This document shows, one piece after another, positions 36,900-45,118 of a DNA stretch of 54,297 bases (the stretch's first letter is position 1; every line of letters begins with the position of its first letter). The notes below the pieces were generated by a model. It searched no databases, was not told where the DNA came from, and saw only the letters and a program-made list of their open reading frames with translations. This stretch comes from Candidatus Desulfacyla sp. (GTDB taxonomy: Bacteria > Desulfobacterota > DSM-4660 > Desulfatiglandales > Desulfatiglandaceae), in contig JAWOIH010000214.1 of the NCBI GenBank assembly GCA_046484725.1, positions 1 to 54,297 on the forward strand, read 5' to 3'. The translations under genes and the position numbers were made by a program.

Positions 36900-38192
36900 A
36901 TGCATCACTTTCATTACATAGATAACGCGCTGTATGGAGAAGATGTGTCTGTGGCAGCGATTGCACAGGCAGTGGGCACCCCTTTCTATCTCTATTCCCA
37001 TGCCACCCTGACGCGGCATTTCAAGGCCTTTGACGGGGCTTTCGGCGGCATGAGGCATCTGACATGCTTTTCCATGAAGTCCAATTCAAATATGGCTATC
37101 CTGAGACTCTTTGCGCAGATGGGGGGGGGCGTCGATATCGTCTCGGGAGGAGAGTTGTACCGGGCCTTGAAGGCAGGTGTCGACCCATCGAAGATCGTCT
37201 ATTCAGGCGTGGGAAAGAGGATTTCCGACCTCGAATATGCCCTGAAATCGGGGATCCTCATGTTCAATGCGGAATCCGCCCAGGAGCTCCAGAAGCTGAA
37301 CGGGGTCGCTGCGCGGATCGGCAAAAGGGCGAGGGTGGCGATCCGGGTCAATCCGGATGTGGACCCGAAAACCCATCCCTATATCTCGACCGGTCTGAAA
37401 GAAAACAAGTTCGGCATCGATATCGCGGAGGCCCTTGAACAGTATGCGGTTGCCGCCAGGCTCGATGGACTGGATGTCGCCGGGGTTTCCTGCCATATCG
37501 GCTCTCAGCTCACCCAGGTGAGTCCCTTCGTGGATGCCCTCCGGAAGCTCAAGGAATTCATCCAGCGCCTGACTGACATGGGCATTACGATCTCGTACCT
37601 GGACCTGGGAGGGGGCCTGGGGATCACCTATGACAAGGAAGATCCGCCCCACCCCCGGGATTACGCCCGGAAGGTTCAGGAGGAACTGGGGACGACGGAT
37701 ATGACCCTGATCCTGGAACCGGGCCGTGTCCTCGTGGGCAATGCCGGGATCCTGATTGCAAAGGTCCTTTATACCAAGGCTACCCGGGAAAAGATGTTTT
37801 TTGTGGTGGATGCGGCCATGAATGATCTGATGCGGCCGAGTCTCTATCATTCCTATCATGGGATCCAGCCGGTGACCATCACCGGCCGTGAGACGGTCAG
37901 GGCCGATATCGTGGGCCCTATCTGCGAGTCCGGCGACTTCCTGGCAAAGGGGAGGGACATTGAGATGCTTGAACCGGGGGATCTGGTAGCGGTCATGAGT
38001 GCGGGGGCCTATGGTTTTAGTATGTCGTCCACCTACAATTCACGTCCCAGGGTCTGTGAGGTGATGGCCAAGGGAGATCGTTTTTACACCATACGGGCGA
38101 GGGAGGGGTTTGAAGATCTGATCCGGGGGGAGAGCCTTCCCGATTTCCTGAGAGCGGATGGGGAATCGGACGGGATGACTGGAGTTTCATGA
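36900..38192 (+). CDS. lysA: diaminopimelate decarboxylase
   Basis: GTPFYLYS...FSMKSNSN...GGGLGI...CESGD...SAGAY. The start is uncertain (36861 TTG, 36891 or 36900 ATG). Confidence 0.9.
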   Translation: MHHFHYIDNALYGEDVSVAAIAQAVGTPFYLYSHATLTRHFKAFDGAFGGMRHLTCFSMKSNSNMAILRLFAQMGGGVDIVSGGELYRALKAGVDPSKIVYSGVGKRISDLEYALKSGILMFNAESAQELQKLNGVAARIGKRARVAIRVNPDVDPKTHPYISTGLKENKFGIDIAEALEQYAVAARLDGLDVAGVSCHIGSQLTQVSPFVDALRKLKEFIQRLTDMGITISYLDLGGGLGITYDKEDPPHPRDYARKVQEELGTTDMTLILEPGRVLVGNAGILIAKVLYTKATREKMFFVVDAAMNDLMRPSLYHSYHGIQPVTITGRETVRADIVGPICESGDFLAKGRDIEMLEPGDLVAVMSAGAYGFSMSSTYNSRPRVCEVMAKGDRFYTIRAREGFEDLIRGESLPDFLRADGESDGMTGVS

Positions 38193-39019
38193 TGGGGCCG
38201 ATCGAATTCTGGAAGATGAGCGGGAGCGGCAATGACTTCATCCTGATTGACAACCGGGATGGCCGTATAAAAGAAAATGAGATGGCCCGGTTGGTTGAGC
38301 GGGCGTGCCGGCGGCGTGTATCGGTGGGTGCGGACGGCCTCATCTTTGTTGTTCCATCGGAGGCGTACGACTTTGGATGGCGTTTTTTCAATGCCGATGG
38401 CGGGGAGGTGGAAATGTGCGGCAACGGCGGGCGCTGCGTCTCCCGTTTCGCCTGCTTAAAGCAGATTGCGGGTCCTCGGATGACCTTTGAGACCCTGGCC
38501 GGACCGGTTTCGGCTGAGGTCAAGGGCCGCAGGGTGAAGGTCCTGATGCCCAAGCCCGGACCGGCCTCCATGGACATTGACCTGGAATTCCAGCAAGGGT
38601 GGGTGCATTGCGATTTTATCAATACAGGGGTCCCACACGTGGTAGTTGGGGTTGAAGCCCTCATGGATCATCCGGTAAAGGAACAGGGAAGGGGCATTCG
38701 CTACCACTCCCGGTTTTCGCCGGAAGGGACCAATGCCAACTTCATGATGAGAATCGGTCCTGATCGCCTCAGCGTGAGGACCTATGAACGCGGGGTCGAG
38801 GATGAGACCCTGGCGTGCGGGACCGGGGCCATCGCATCCGCCCTGGTGGGCGCGATCCGGGGGATGGTGGACTCCCCGGTGACGGTCGAGACACGGGGGG
38901 GCGAGGAGTTGGTGATCCATTTTGAGCGAACAGGGGACGTCTTTGAAAAGGCATGGCTCGAGGGAAACACGGCGATTATCTATGAGGGACGGCTCAACCC
39001 GGAGGCCCTCGATCTCTGA
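38189..39019 (+). CDS. dapF: diaminopimelate epimerase
   Basis: FWKMSGSGNDFILIDN...NADGGEVEMCGNGGRC...ETLACGTGA. ATGA overlap with lysA. Confidence 0.9.
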   Translation: MMGPIEFWKMSGSGNDFILIDNRDGRIKENEMARLVERACRRRVSVGADGLIFVVPSEAYDFGWRFFNADGGEVEMCGNGGRCVSRFACLKQIAGPRMTFETLAGPVSAEVKGRRVKVLMPKPGPASMDIDLEFQQGWVHCDFINTGVPHVVVGVEALMDHPVKEQGRGIRYHSRFSPEGTNANFMMRIGPDRLSVRTYERGVEDETLACGTGAIASALVGAIRGMVDSPVTVETRGGEELVIHFERTGDVFEKAWLEGNTAIIYEGRLNPEALDL

Positions 39020-39029
39020 CAGGGGCTCC

Positions 39030-39200
39030 TAAGCTGAAGTGACTAAAGTTGAAAAGCGGGAAACGGTATTGAGCTGAAAGTCTAAAACTGAAGCTAACGG
39101 ATACCAAGCAACGAGCAAGCGGCAGCGTGAAACCAGTAGGCAGTAAGCAGCGAAACGCAATTCATGACCAACAACTATTAACGAGCAATGAGTAACGTAA
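39030..39200. repeat. composite word-repeat block (CTAAAGT, GCTGAAAG, AACGAGCAA/ACCAGTAG words)
   Basis: AAGCTGAAGTGACTAAAGTTGAAAAGC...GAGCTGAAAGTCTAAAACTGAAGC...CAAGCAACGAGCAAGCGGCAGCG..AACCAGTAGGCAGTAAGCAGCG...AACGAGCAATGAGTAACG. Confidence 0.85.
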
Positions 39201-39313
39201 ACCTCAGAACCTTAACGCCGGGATTTCACACGAAACACCCACTATTTCAGCCTGGATGATCACGTTCGAACATACAACATTTAACACCCAGAATGGAAAG
39301 TACGGAGGGTATC

Positions 39314-40186
39314 ATGTTTAGTGGATCTATCGTCGCAATCGTGACCCCGTTCAAAAACGGGGAGGTGGATGAAGAGGCGTATCGGGAACTGATCGAGTTC
39401 CAGATCGCCAACGGCACCAGCGCCATCGTACCCTGCGGCACCACCGGTGAGTCCGCCACTCTGAACGTGGAAGAACATGCCCGGGTGATCGATATCGCTC
39501 TGGAGACCGTCAACAAGAGGGTGCCGGTGATTGCCGGGACCGGTGGAAACAGCACCAGCGAGGCGATTGAGTTGACGGCACATGCCAAGAAGGCCGGTGC
39601 GGATGCCTCCTTGCAGGTAACGCCCTACTATAACAAACCCACCCAGGAGGGTTTGTATCAGCACTTCAAGGCCATTGCAAAGGCAGTGCCTCTGCCCCAG
39701 GTCCTTTATAATGTTCCGGGCCGGACCAGCGTCAACATGCTCCCTGAGACAGTGGCCCGTCTGGCGGAACTGGCGGAGGTGGTGGCTATCAAGGAAGCTT
39801 CGGGGAATCTTGCCCAGATGGCTGAAATTGTCCGGTTGGCAGGGGACAATATCACGCTCCTATCCGGCGATGACAACGTGACCCTGCCGTCGCTCGCCCT
39901 CGGGGGAAAGGGGGTCATTTCCGTGGTGGCCAATATCGTGCCCAGGGATTCGGCCGATCTGATCAGGGCCTGGGAAGAGGGGAGGGTGGAGGAAGCCAGG
40001 GCCATTTTCTACAGACTCTTTCCCCTGTGCCAGGCCATGTTTTTCGAGACAAACCCGATTCCGGTCAAGACTTCCCTGGCCCTGATGGGCAAGATTCAGG
40101 ATGAGATGCGGTTGCCGCTCTGGCCCATGGCGCCGGGCAATCTCGATCGTCTAAAGAAGGCCTTGACAGATTATGGATTGATCTAA
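39314..40186 (+). CDS. dapA: 4-hydroxy-tetrahydrodipicolinate synthase
   Basis: MFSGSIVAIVTPF...GTTGESATL...YNVPGRT...IKEASG. GGAGGG SD. Confidence 0.9.
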   Translation: MFSGSIVAIVTPFKNGEVDEEAYRELIEFQIANGTSAIVPCGTTGESATLNVEEHARVIDIALETVNKRVPVIAGTGGNSTSEAIELTAHAKKAGADASLQVTPYYNKPTQEGLYQHFKAIAKAVPLPQVLYNVPGRTSVNMLPETVARLAELAEVVAIKEASGNLAQMAEIVRLAGDNITLLSGDDNVTLPSLALGGKGVISVVANIVPRDSADLIRAWEEGRVEEARAIFYRLFPLCQAMFFETNPIPVKTSLALMGKIQDEMRLPLWPMAPGNLDRLKKALTDYGLI

Positions 40187-40301
40187 ACTGTATGCGCGGG
40201 CGACAGCAACGTTAACGAGAGGGCGTCTTGGCCGATCGCGAGAACGGCAAAGGCGCCTTTTTTGGAGCATGATATACGCTGGCCCGGACCTGAATCATAA
40301 A

Positions 40302-40351
40302 GGTTTCACACGGAGACACCTTGGTGAAACAACATATGTAAATGGTTTCAC
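40302..40351 (+). promoter_or_regulatory. inverted plus direct GGTTTCAC repeats upstream of the DUF262 gene (candidate operator)
   Basis: GGTTTCAC (40302-40309), 14 nt, GTGAAAC (40324-30), then GGTTTCAC again (40344-51). The ATG is at 40396. Confidence 0.35.
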
Positions 40352-40395
40352 GGGTCGGGCAGAGAAACAAAGAGAGGTAACCCTCTTGATCGCGT

Positions 40396-41127
40396 ATGGA
40401 ACGTGAAATTACCACACACGAAAAAGGAATCGCCGAATTAGTCCATATGCTGGCGGCGAAGAAGCTCTTAATCCCGCCATTCCAAAGGGAATTTGTCTGG
40501 GAACCGGAAGATGTGCTGAAACTGTGGGACAGCATCTTCCGGTATTACCCGATCGGCAGTCTTTTATCGTGGGAGACGTCGGTCTACCTGCGTGTCCATC
40601 GTAGGGCGGGTGGAAAAATCCTTCCGGGGACGGAAGATACGGGCAGGCGTCCTCGGAAATGGCTTTATCTCCTGGATGGGCAGCAGAGGGCCACGGCCCT
40701 TCTGGTGTCGATCCTCGGGGAAAAGGCCCGGGTCAAACAACACCATGATTTTGACTATCTCCTTTATTTCGACGCCTCAGATGCCGGTTTCTTTTTTCAG
40801 GACACCTTCAATAAGCGGAAGCGGAGTGTAGATCCGGCCTTCCTGATTCGCCTGAGAGATGTTTTTGAGGGCCGAGTGGATATGATGGCTTCGGTCTCCG
40901 CCCATCCCGAATTCAATGGGAAGATCGAGATGAACCTGAGGCAATTGGTCCGTATTTTCACAGACTACAAGATCCCCCTGATTCACATCCGGGGCTTCGA
41001 TATCCCCGATGTGAGGGAGATCTTCGAGCGAATCAACCAGGAGGGGAAGGACCTGAAATCACTCGACATCATGATTGCCAGAAGTTTTCGGAACTATGAA
41101 TATCTGGTGGAAGATGATTTCAAGTAA
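40396..41127 (+). CDS. stand-alone DUF262 (ParB/Srx-fold, GmrSD N-terminal-type) domain protein
   Basis: IPPFQREFVW...W.SIFRYYPIGSLL...LLDGQQRATAL...FERINQEGKDLKSLDI. No DUF1524/HNH-like C-terminal part is present. Confidence 0.75.
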   Translation: MEREITTHEKGIAELVHMLAAKKLLIPPFQREFVWEPEDVLKLWDSIFRYYPIGSLLSWETSVYLRVHRRAGGKILPGTEDTGRRPRKWLYLLDGQQRATALLVSILGEKARVKQHHDFDYLLYFDASDAGFFFQDTFNKRKRSVDPAFLIRLRDVFEGRVDMMASVSAHPEFNGKIEMNLRQLVRIFTDYKIPLIHIRGFDIPDVREIFERINQEGKDLKSLDIMIARSFRNYEYLVEDDFK

Positions 41128-41339
41128 GGATCCGCTGCGGCCGGCATAGCCGCTTCTTCCGGATTGTATCGCCAGTTGCCTCCATTCTAAAGGAGTCGCC
41201 CAACATGCCCGATGTTCGTCCGCTCGTCTCCGGATGCATTTTTAGACGTTATCCCCTGGCGAGAGGGCGGGAGCGGTGCACACCCGAGACGATTCTCATC
41301 CCAAAGGGCGAACCTAATGGTCTGATGTGGGCTGGTGTG

Positions 41340-41750
41340 TCAGAACGGGATGTCGTCCGGACTGTCTAAGGTGTCCGAAAGCTCTACCTCCTCGTATTCG
41401 AAGGGGGCATCCACCATCTCCCGCTTGGTGAAGATCATGACTTCATCCGCGGCCTGATCGAGTTCTCGTATCGATACGGTATACCCTTCTACATAAAGAC
41501 TCTCATCAAAGCCCTCGCTTTCAAGCCATGACACAGCCTCCACAATGGTCCCATCTTTCAAACGCACAGGAGAGCCGTGACGAATGAAAAAATCAGCCTT
41601 GTTGGCGCCGTGCCCCGGCCGTTCTGCAAGGGGCGAATCCACAAGCCACTTGAGAATTTCTTTCTGGCGGTCATCTCCAAGAATCATCTCTATATCATCG
41701 TCATCGTCATAGTCATAATCGTCATCTTCAAAAAAATCGGCCTCTCTCAT
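41340..41750 (-). CDS. hyper-acidic hypothetical protein (136 aa)
   Basis: GGAGGTG SD 6 nt before ATG 41750. MREADFFEDDDYDYDDDDDIEM... By hand count, about 40 D/E versus about 12 K/R. Confidence 0.6.
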   Translation of the reverse strand: MREADFFEDDDYDYDDDDDIEMILGDDRQKEILKWLVDSPLAERPGHGANKADFFIRHGSPVRLKDGTIVEAVSWLESEGFDESLYVEGYTVSIRELDQAADEVMIFTKREMVDAPFEYEEVELSDTLDSPDDIPF

Positions 41751-41990
41751 CTTTTCACCTCCATATTTGTGTTGCGAAACTCGGGTCATTTAAGAATATA
41801 AACTTTTTTACAATATAACGCATTGTTAAACACTAATCCAGCAATTCATTTAAATCCAGCAAATCTCATTATGAAGCGGAGTTGAAGCAAAATCCTGTGT
41901 GAGTGGCATCTTGCCACGACCGTTCAGGGTTGGAACGCCTCTCCCAAATGGTATTTTTTTGCGTTACGAAAACTGCCTTGCTTCAGAATT

Positions 41991-42842
41991 TCACCAATGG
42001 GGTTGATTGCCGATCCGGGTCCCGATGACCTCGAGGGTATCCGATACCACCAGGAATACATTCGGGTCGATATTTTTGGCGATCTCTTTGAGCCTGGGCA
42101 CTTCACGGAAACTGATCACGGTGTAGAGGAGCTCTATCTCTTCTCCCGTAAACCCTCCGTGACCGTTGACATGGGTGACGCCCCTTTGAATCCGCTCTCT
42201 AATCTCCCTGGAGATCTTTTCCCACTCACGGGAGATAATAAGGACGGTCCTTCTCTGGCTGAGACCCGTAACCACGAAATCGACGATAAAGGAATTCACA
42301 TAGACGTATATAAGGGTATACAGCGCGCCTTCCAGTGAAATAAGAAACGCGCCTATGATAAGAATGGCGCTGTTGAAGGTGAGAATGGTCGTGCCCAGGC
42401 GGACTGAAAAGCGTTTGAGCAGGATGACGGACAGGATGTCCAGACCTCCTGCTGAACCCAGGGACCGTAGAATGGTCCCGGACCCGATCCCCATGATGAT
42501 GCCTGCAAGAATGCTGCTCAGGATCTTGTCCTGGATCGGGATGACCACCTGTGTCCATTGAAGGGCGGCCGTGAAAAAGACCAAGCCCACTATGCTGTAA
42601 AGGAAAAAGCGGCGGCCCACATACACCCACCCAAGGGCAAATACAGGGATATTCAGGATAAAATAGAGTATGGATACCGGGATGGAATCAAAGAGATAAT
42701 AGATCAAGATGGACAGGCCCGTAAACCCGGCCCCAAAGAATTTCTGCGGAATCAGTATCCCGTTTACGGCGACACAGCAGATAACGCTTCCCGCCGCCAT
42801 GAGAAAAAGATTCCAGATGATTTTTCTCGCAGGTTCCACCAT
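41991..42842 (-). CDS. YitT-family membrane protein (DUF2179 C-terminal domain)
   Basis: 283 aa, multi-TM N-terminal part plus C-terminal HVNGHGGFTGEEIELLYTVISFREVPRLKEI. Confidence 0.85.
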   Translation of the reverse strand: MVEPARKIIWNLFLMAAGSVICCVAVNGILIPQKFFGAGFTGLSILIYYLFDSIPVSILYFILNIPVFALGWVYVGRRFFLYSIVGLVFFTAALQWTQVVIPIQDKILSSILAGIIMGIGSGTILRSLGSAGGLDILSVILLKRFSVRLGTTILTFNSAILIIGAFLISLEGALYTLIYVYVNSFIVDFVVTGLSQRRTVLIISREWEKISREIRERIQRGVTHVNGHGGFTGEEIELLYTVISFREVPRLKEIAKNIDPNVFLVVSDTLEVIGTRIGNQPHW

Positions 42843-43470
42843 GGTTTTTCAAATCCGTTTGTAAAAATTGACGTTCCAACCCAATTTATAACAGATCACT
42901 ATTTTTTTAAACCAAAAAGGGCATTTCTGACATAGACGGGGGCGTCAGGGGTCTGCGGAAAAGGAGGGTCTGGACCTCTGGCACCTGAGACCTTATCTCT
43001 CGAACCTGTTGTGATCCCGCCCGCCGGGGGGCTTTGAGTCCTTGAATGGTTAAGAAAAAAAGCCTGCCTCAAGGCCGGGGTCACCGGGATTTTCAGCTTT
43101 GACAAGGAAGGATTTTCCTTTTATACTCCATTCTGCCATGCAAAATAAGTCGAAAACCGGGTGTATTCCAATGCGGGCCATGCCCGGAACCTAATGGGTG
43201 GCCAGGTTTTGGGTTTCCGTCTTGCGAGCCGGTGAGCTTTTTCGATCACCTTTCTTGAAAGCTCGCATGAAACTGGAATTAAGTAAACTTTTTTCAGGTT
43301 TTCTTCAGGGATCAGATTGGCAGGCCTGCCTGCAAGAGGCGGCACTAAACTCTGACCCCTATTTTTGTCGACATAATTCTCTTTTTTTGTGTGGCCTGGC
43401 TTGGAAATGGTAGGAGGTAGGTATAGTTAAAAGGCTGTAAAGAATATAACAAACACTAAGGAGGAAAAAA

Positions 43471-44385
43471 ATGTTTCGCAAAAATTGTATTTTCATGATC
43501 GTTCTCTTCTGTGCGGGAATCTTTGTTCCCTTTGCATCGGGCCTTGCCGCCGAAGGAGGTCTTCGGTACAGCATCATGGTTTCCAAGTTCGAAAACCGTT
43601 CCAACTGGAGCGGCCAGTGGGATCTGGGCGACGCCTGGGGGGCCGTGCTCACGGACAGCCTCGCGCAGACCGGGAGGTTCATCGTCCTGGGTGAGAAGGA
43701 CATGAGGCAGGAGGCCATGGAGGAGCAGGACCTGGCGGCCAGCGGGAGGACGGCCGGCGGCGGGAAGACCGTGGTCACCGGGCAGATGACCCCGGCCCAG
43801 TTGCTGGTCAAAGGCGATATCACCCATTTTGCCGAGGCTACCGAAGGGGGCGGAGGCGGTATCGGTTTCGCCGGTTTCAGGCTCGGGGCCGGAACGAGCA
43901 TGGCTGAAATCAACACCGTAATCTATATCGTCGATTCGAGCACAGGGCAGGTCCTGGCCTCCAAGAAGTGTTACGGCAAGGTTTCGGACACGGGTCTCTC
44001 CGTAGGAGTCTCCCGCCACGGGTTTACAGGAGACCTGGGCGGCTTTAAAAAGACCAACGCGGGCAAGGCCGTTGAGCAGGCCGTCGACGAGGCGGTGGGC
44101 TTCCTCATGGCCAAGCTTTCGGAGATACCGTGGACAGGAGAGGTGATCCTGGTCAAGGGGGATAAAGTCTACATCAACCGGGGAACCAGGGAGGGCGTGA
44201 GCCCGGGCCAGGTTTTCCAGGTGGGCAGGGCCGAGGTCCTGCGGGATCCCCAGACCGGCGAGGTCCTGGACCAAAGTATGGAGCAGGCCGGAACGATCGA
44301 AGTGGTCACAGTCAAGGAGAAGATCTCCATCTGCAGGGCGGCCCAAGGAAGCGGCATCGCAAAAGGGATGACCGTTATGAGATAG
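43471..44385 (+). CDS. CsgG/HfaB-family periplasmic or outer-membrane protein
   Basis: Signal peptide, VSKFENRSNWSGQWDLGDAWGAVLTDSLAQTGRFIVLGE...AQLLVKGDITHF. AAGGAGG SD. Confidence 0.8.
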   Translation: MFRKNCIFMIVLFCAGIFVPFASGLAAEGGLRYSIMVSKFENRSNWSGQWDLGDAWGAVLTDSLAQTGRFIVLGEKDMRQEAMEEQDLAASGRTAGGGKTVVTGQMTPAQLLVKGDITHFAEATEGGGGGIGFAGFRLGAGTSMAEINTVIYIVDSSTGQVLASKKCYGKVSDTGLSVGVSRHGFTGDLGGFKKTNAGKAVEQAVDEAVGFLMAKLSEIPWTGEVILVKGDKVYINRGTREGVSPGQVFQVGRAEVLRDPQTGEVLDQSMEQAGTIEVVTVKEKISICRAAQGSGIAKGMTVMR

Positions 44386-44407
44386 GACAGGGGATCGGGT
44401 GGCGAGA

Positions 44408-44563
44408 ATGAATGCGCTCAGAACGGGCCTTGTGGCGATGGCAGCGGCGGCCTTCTTCTTCTCTTCGTCCGGCCATGGGGCATGGGCAAAAGAGGAGGTC
44501 GGGGAGGTCTCCGCACTTGTACAGATGGGAAAGCTCTTCGGCGATCTGGAGTCCATTTTATGA
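44408..44563 (+). CDS. candidate 51-aa secreted peptide downstream of the csgG-like gene
   Basis: MNALRTGLVAMAAAAFFFSSSGHGAWAKEEVGEVSALVQMGKLFGDLESIL. Signal-peptide-like N-terminus, weak SD. Below the track size cut-off. Confidence 0.3.
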   Translation: MNALRTGLVAMAAAAFFFSSSGHGAWAKEEVGEVSALVQMGKLFGDLESIL

Positions 44564-45109
44564 GGCGGTATCGTCTGGAGATCCTTCACCCATCATCTGA
44601 AACCAGGACCGCATATAGTGAAGTCCCGATGCGATGGTGAATATGCCGGTGATGATATAAACTATGGGAATGATGGATGAAAAAAGATGAAAATGATTCC
44701 CGGAAAGGACCAGGAAGACCGTAACAAGCTGGAGACAGGTGGTTAGCTTGCTTATTATCGAGGGGTGGATCGCGATGTCTTGTTTGGTCAGGAACAAGAT
44801 CAAGACGCCTAAGAGGATCAGGATATCCCGGGTGATGACCGTGACCGTCAACCAGGGTGGGATGAACCCCCCGGCCGCAAGGATCACAAAGGCCGCGATG
44901 AGAAGGAATTTATCGGCCAGCGGATCGAGAAAGGACCCGAGCCTGCTTTTCTGGTTGAGAAGTCTGGCCAACAGACCATCTGCCCCGTCGCTCAGACCGG
45001 CTATCACAAAAACCGTCAGTGCCTCCAGGAACCTCTCATTTATCAGATAGATAATGAAAATGGGGACCAGGATGATGCGTAGGGTGGTGATCAGGTTGGG
45101 GATGGTCAT
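44558..45109 (-). CDS. pgsA: CDP-alcohol phosphatidyltransferase (phosphatidylglycerophosphate synthase-like)
   Basis: NLITTLRIILVP...DGADGLLARLLNQKSRLGSFLDPLADK motif. Confidence 0.85.
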   Translation of the reverse strand: MTIPNLITTLRIILVPIFIIYLINERFLEALTVFVIAGLSDGADGLLARLLNQKSRLGSFLDPLADKFLLIAAFVILAAGGFIPPWLTVTVITRDILILLGVLILFLTKQDIAIHPSIISKLTTCLQLVTVFLVLSGNHFHLFSSIIPIVYIITGIFTIASGLHYMRSWFQMMGEGSPDDTAS

Positions 45110-45118
45110 GACAGTGGA

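Noticed and set aside
41205-41369. 54-aa ORF with an AAGGAG SD downstream of the DUF262 gene
   Set aside because: It overlaps the 3' end of the convergent acidic-protein gene, is Arg/Pro-rich and has no motif. It may be a fragment of a lost DUF262 partner domain, but I saw no DUF1524-like motifs.
43121-43345. 74-aa minus-strand ORF in the long csgG upstream region
   Set aside because: It has no SD and coincides with the hairpin-rich segment. It is better treated as non-coding structured sequence.
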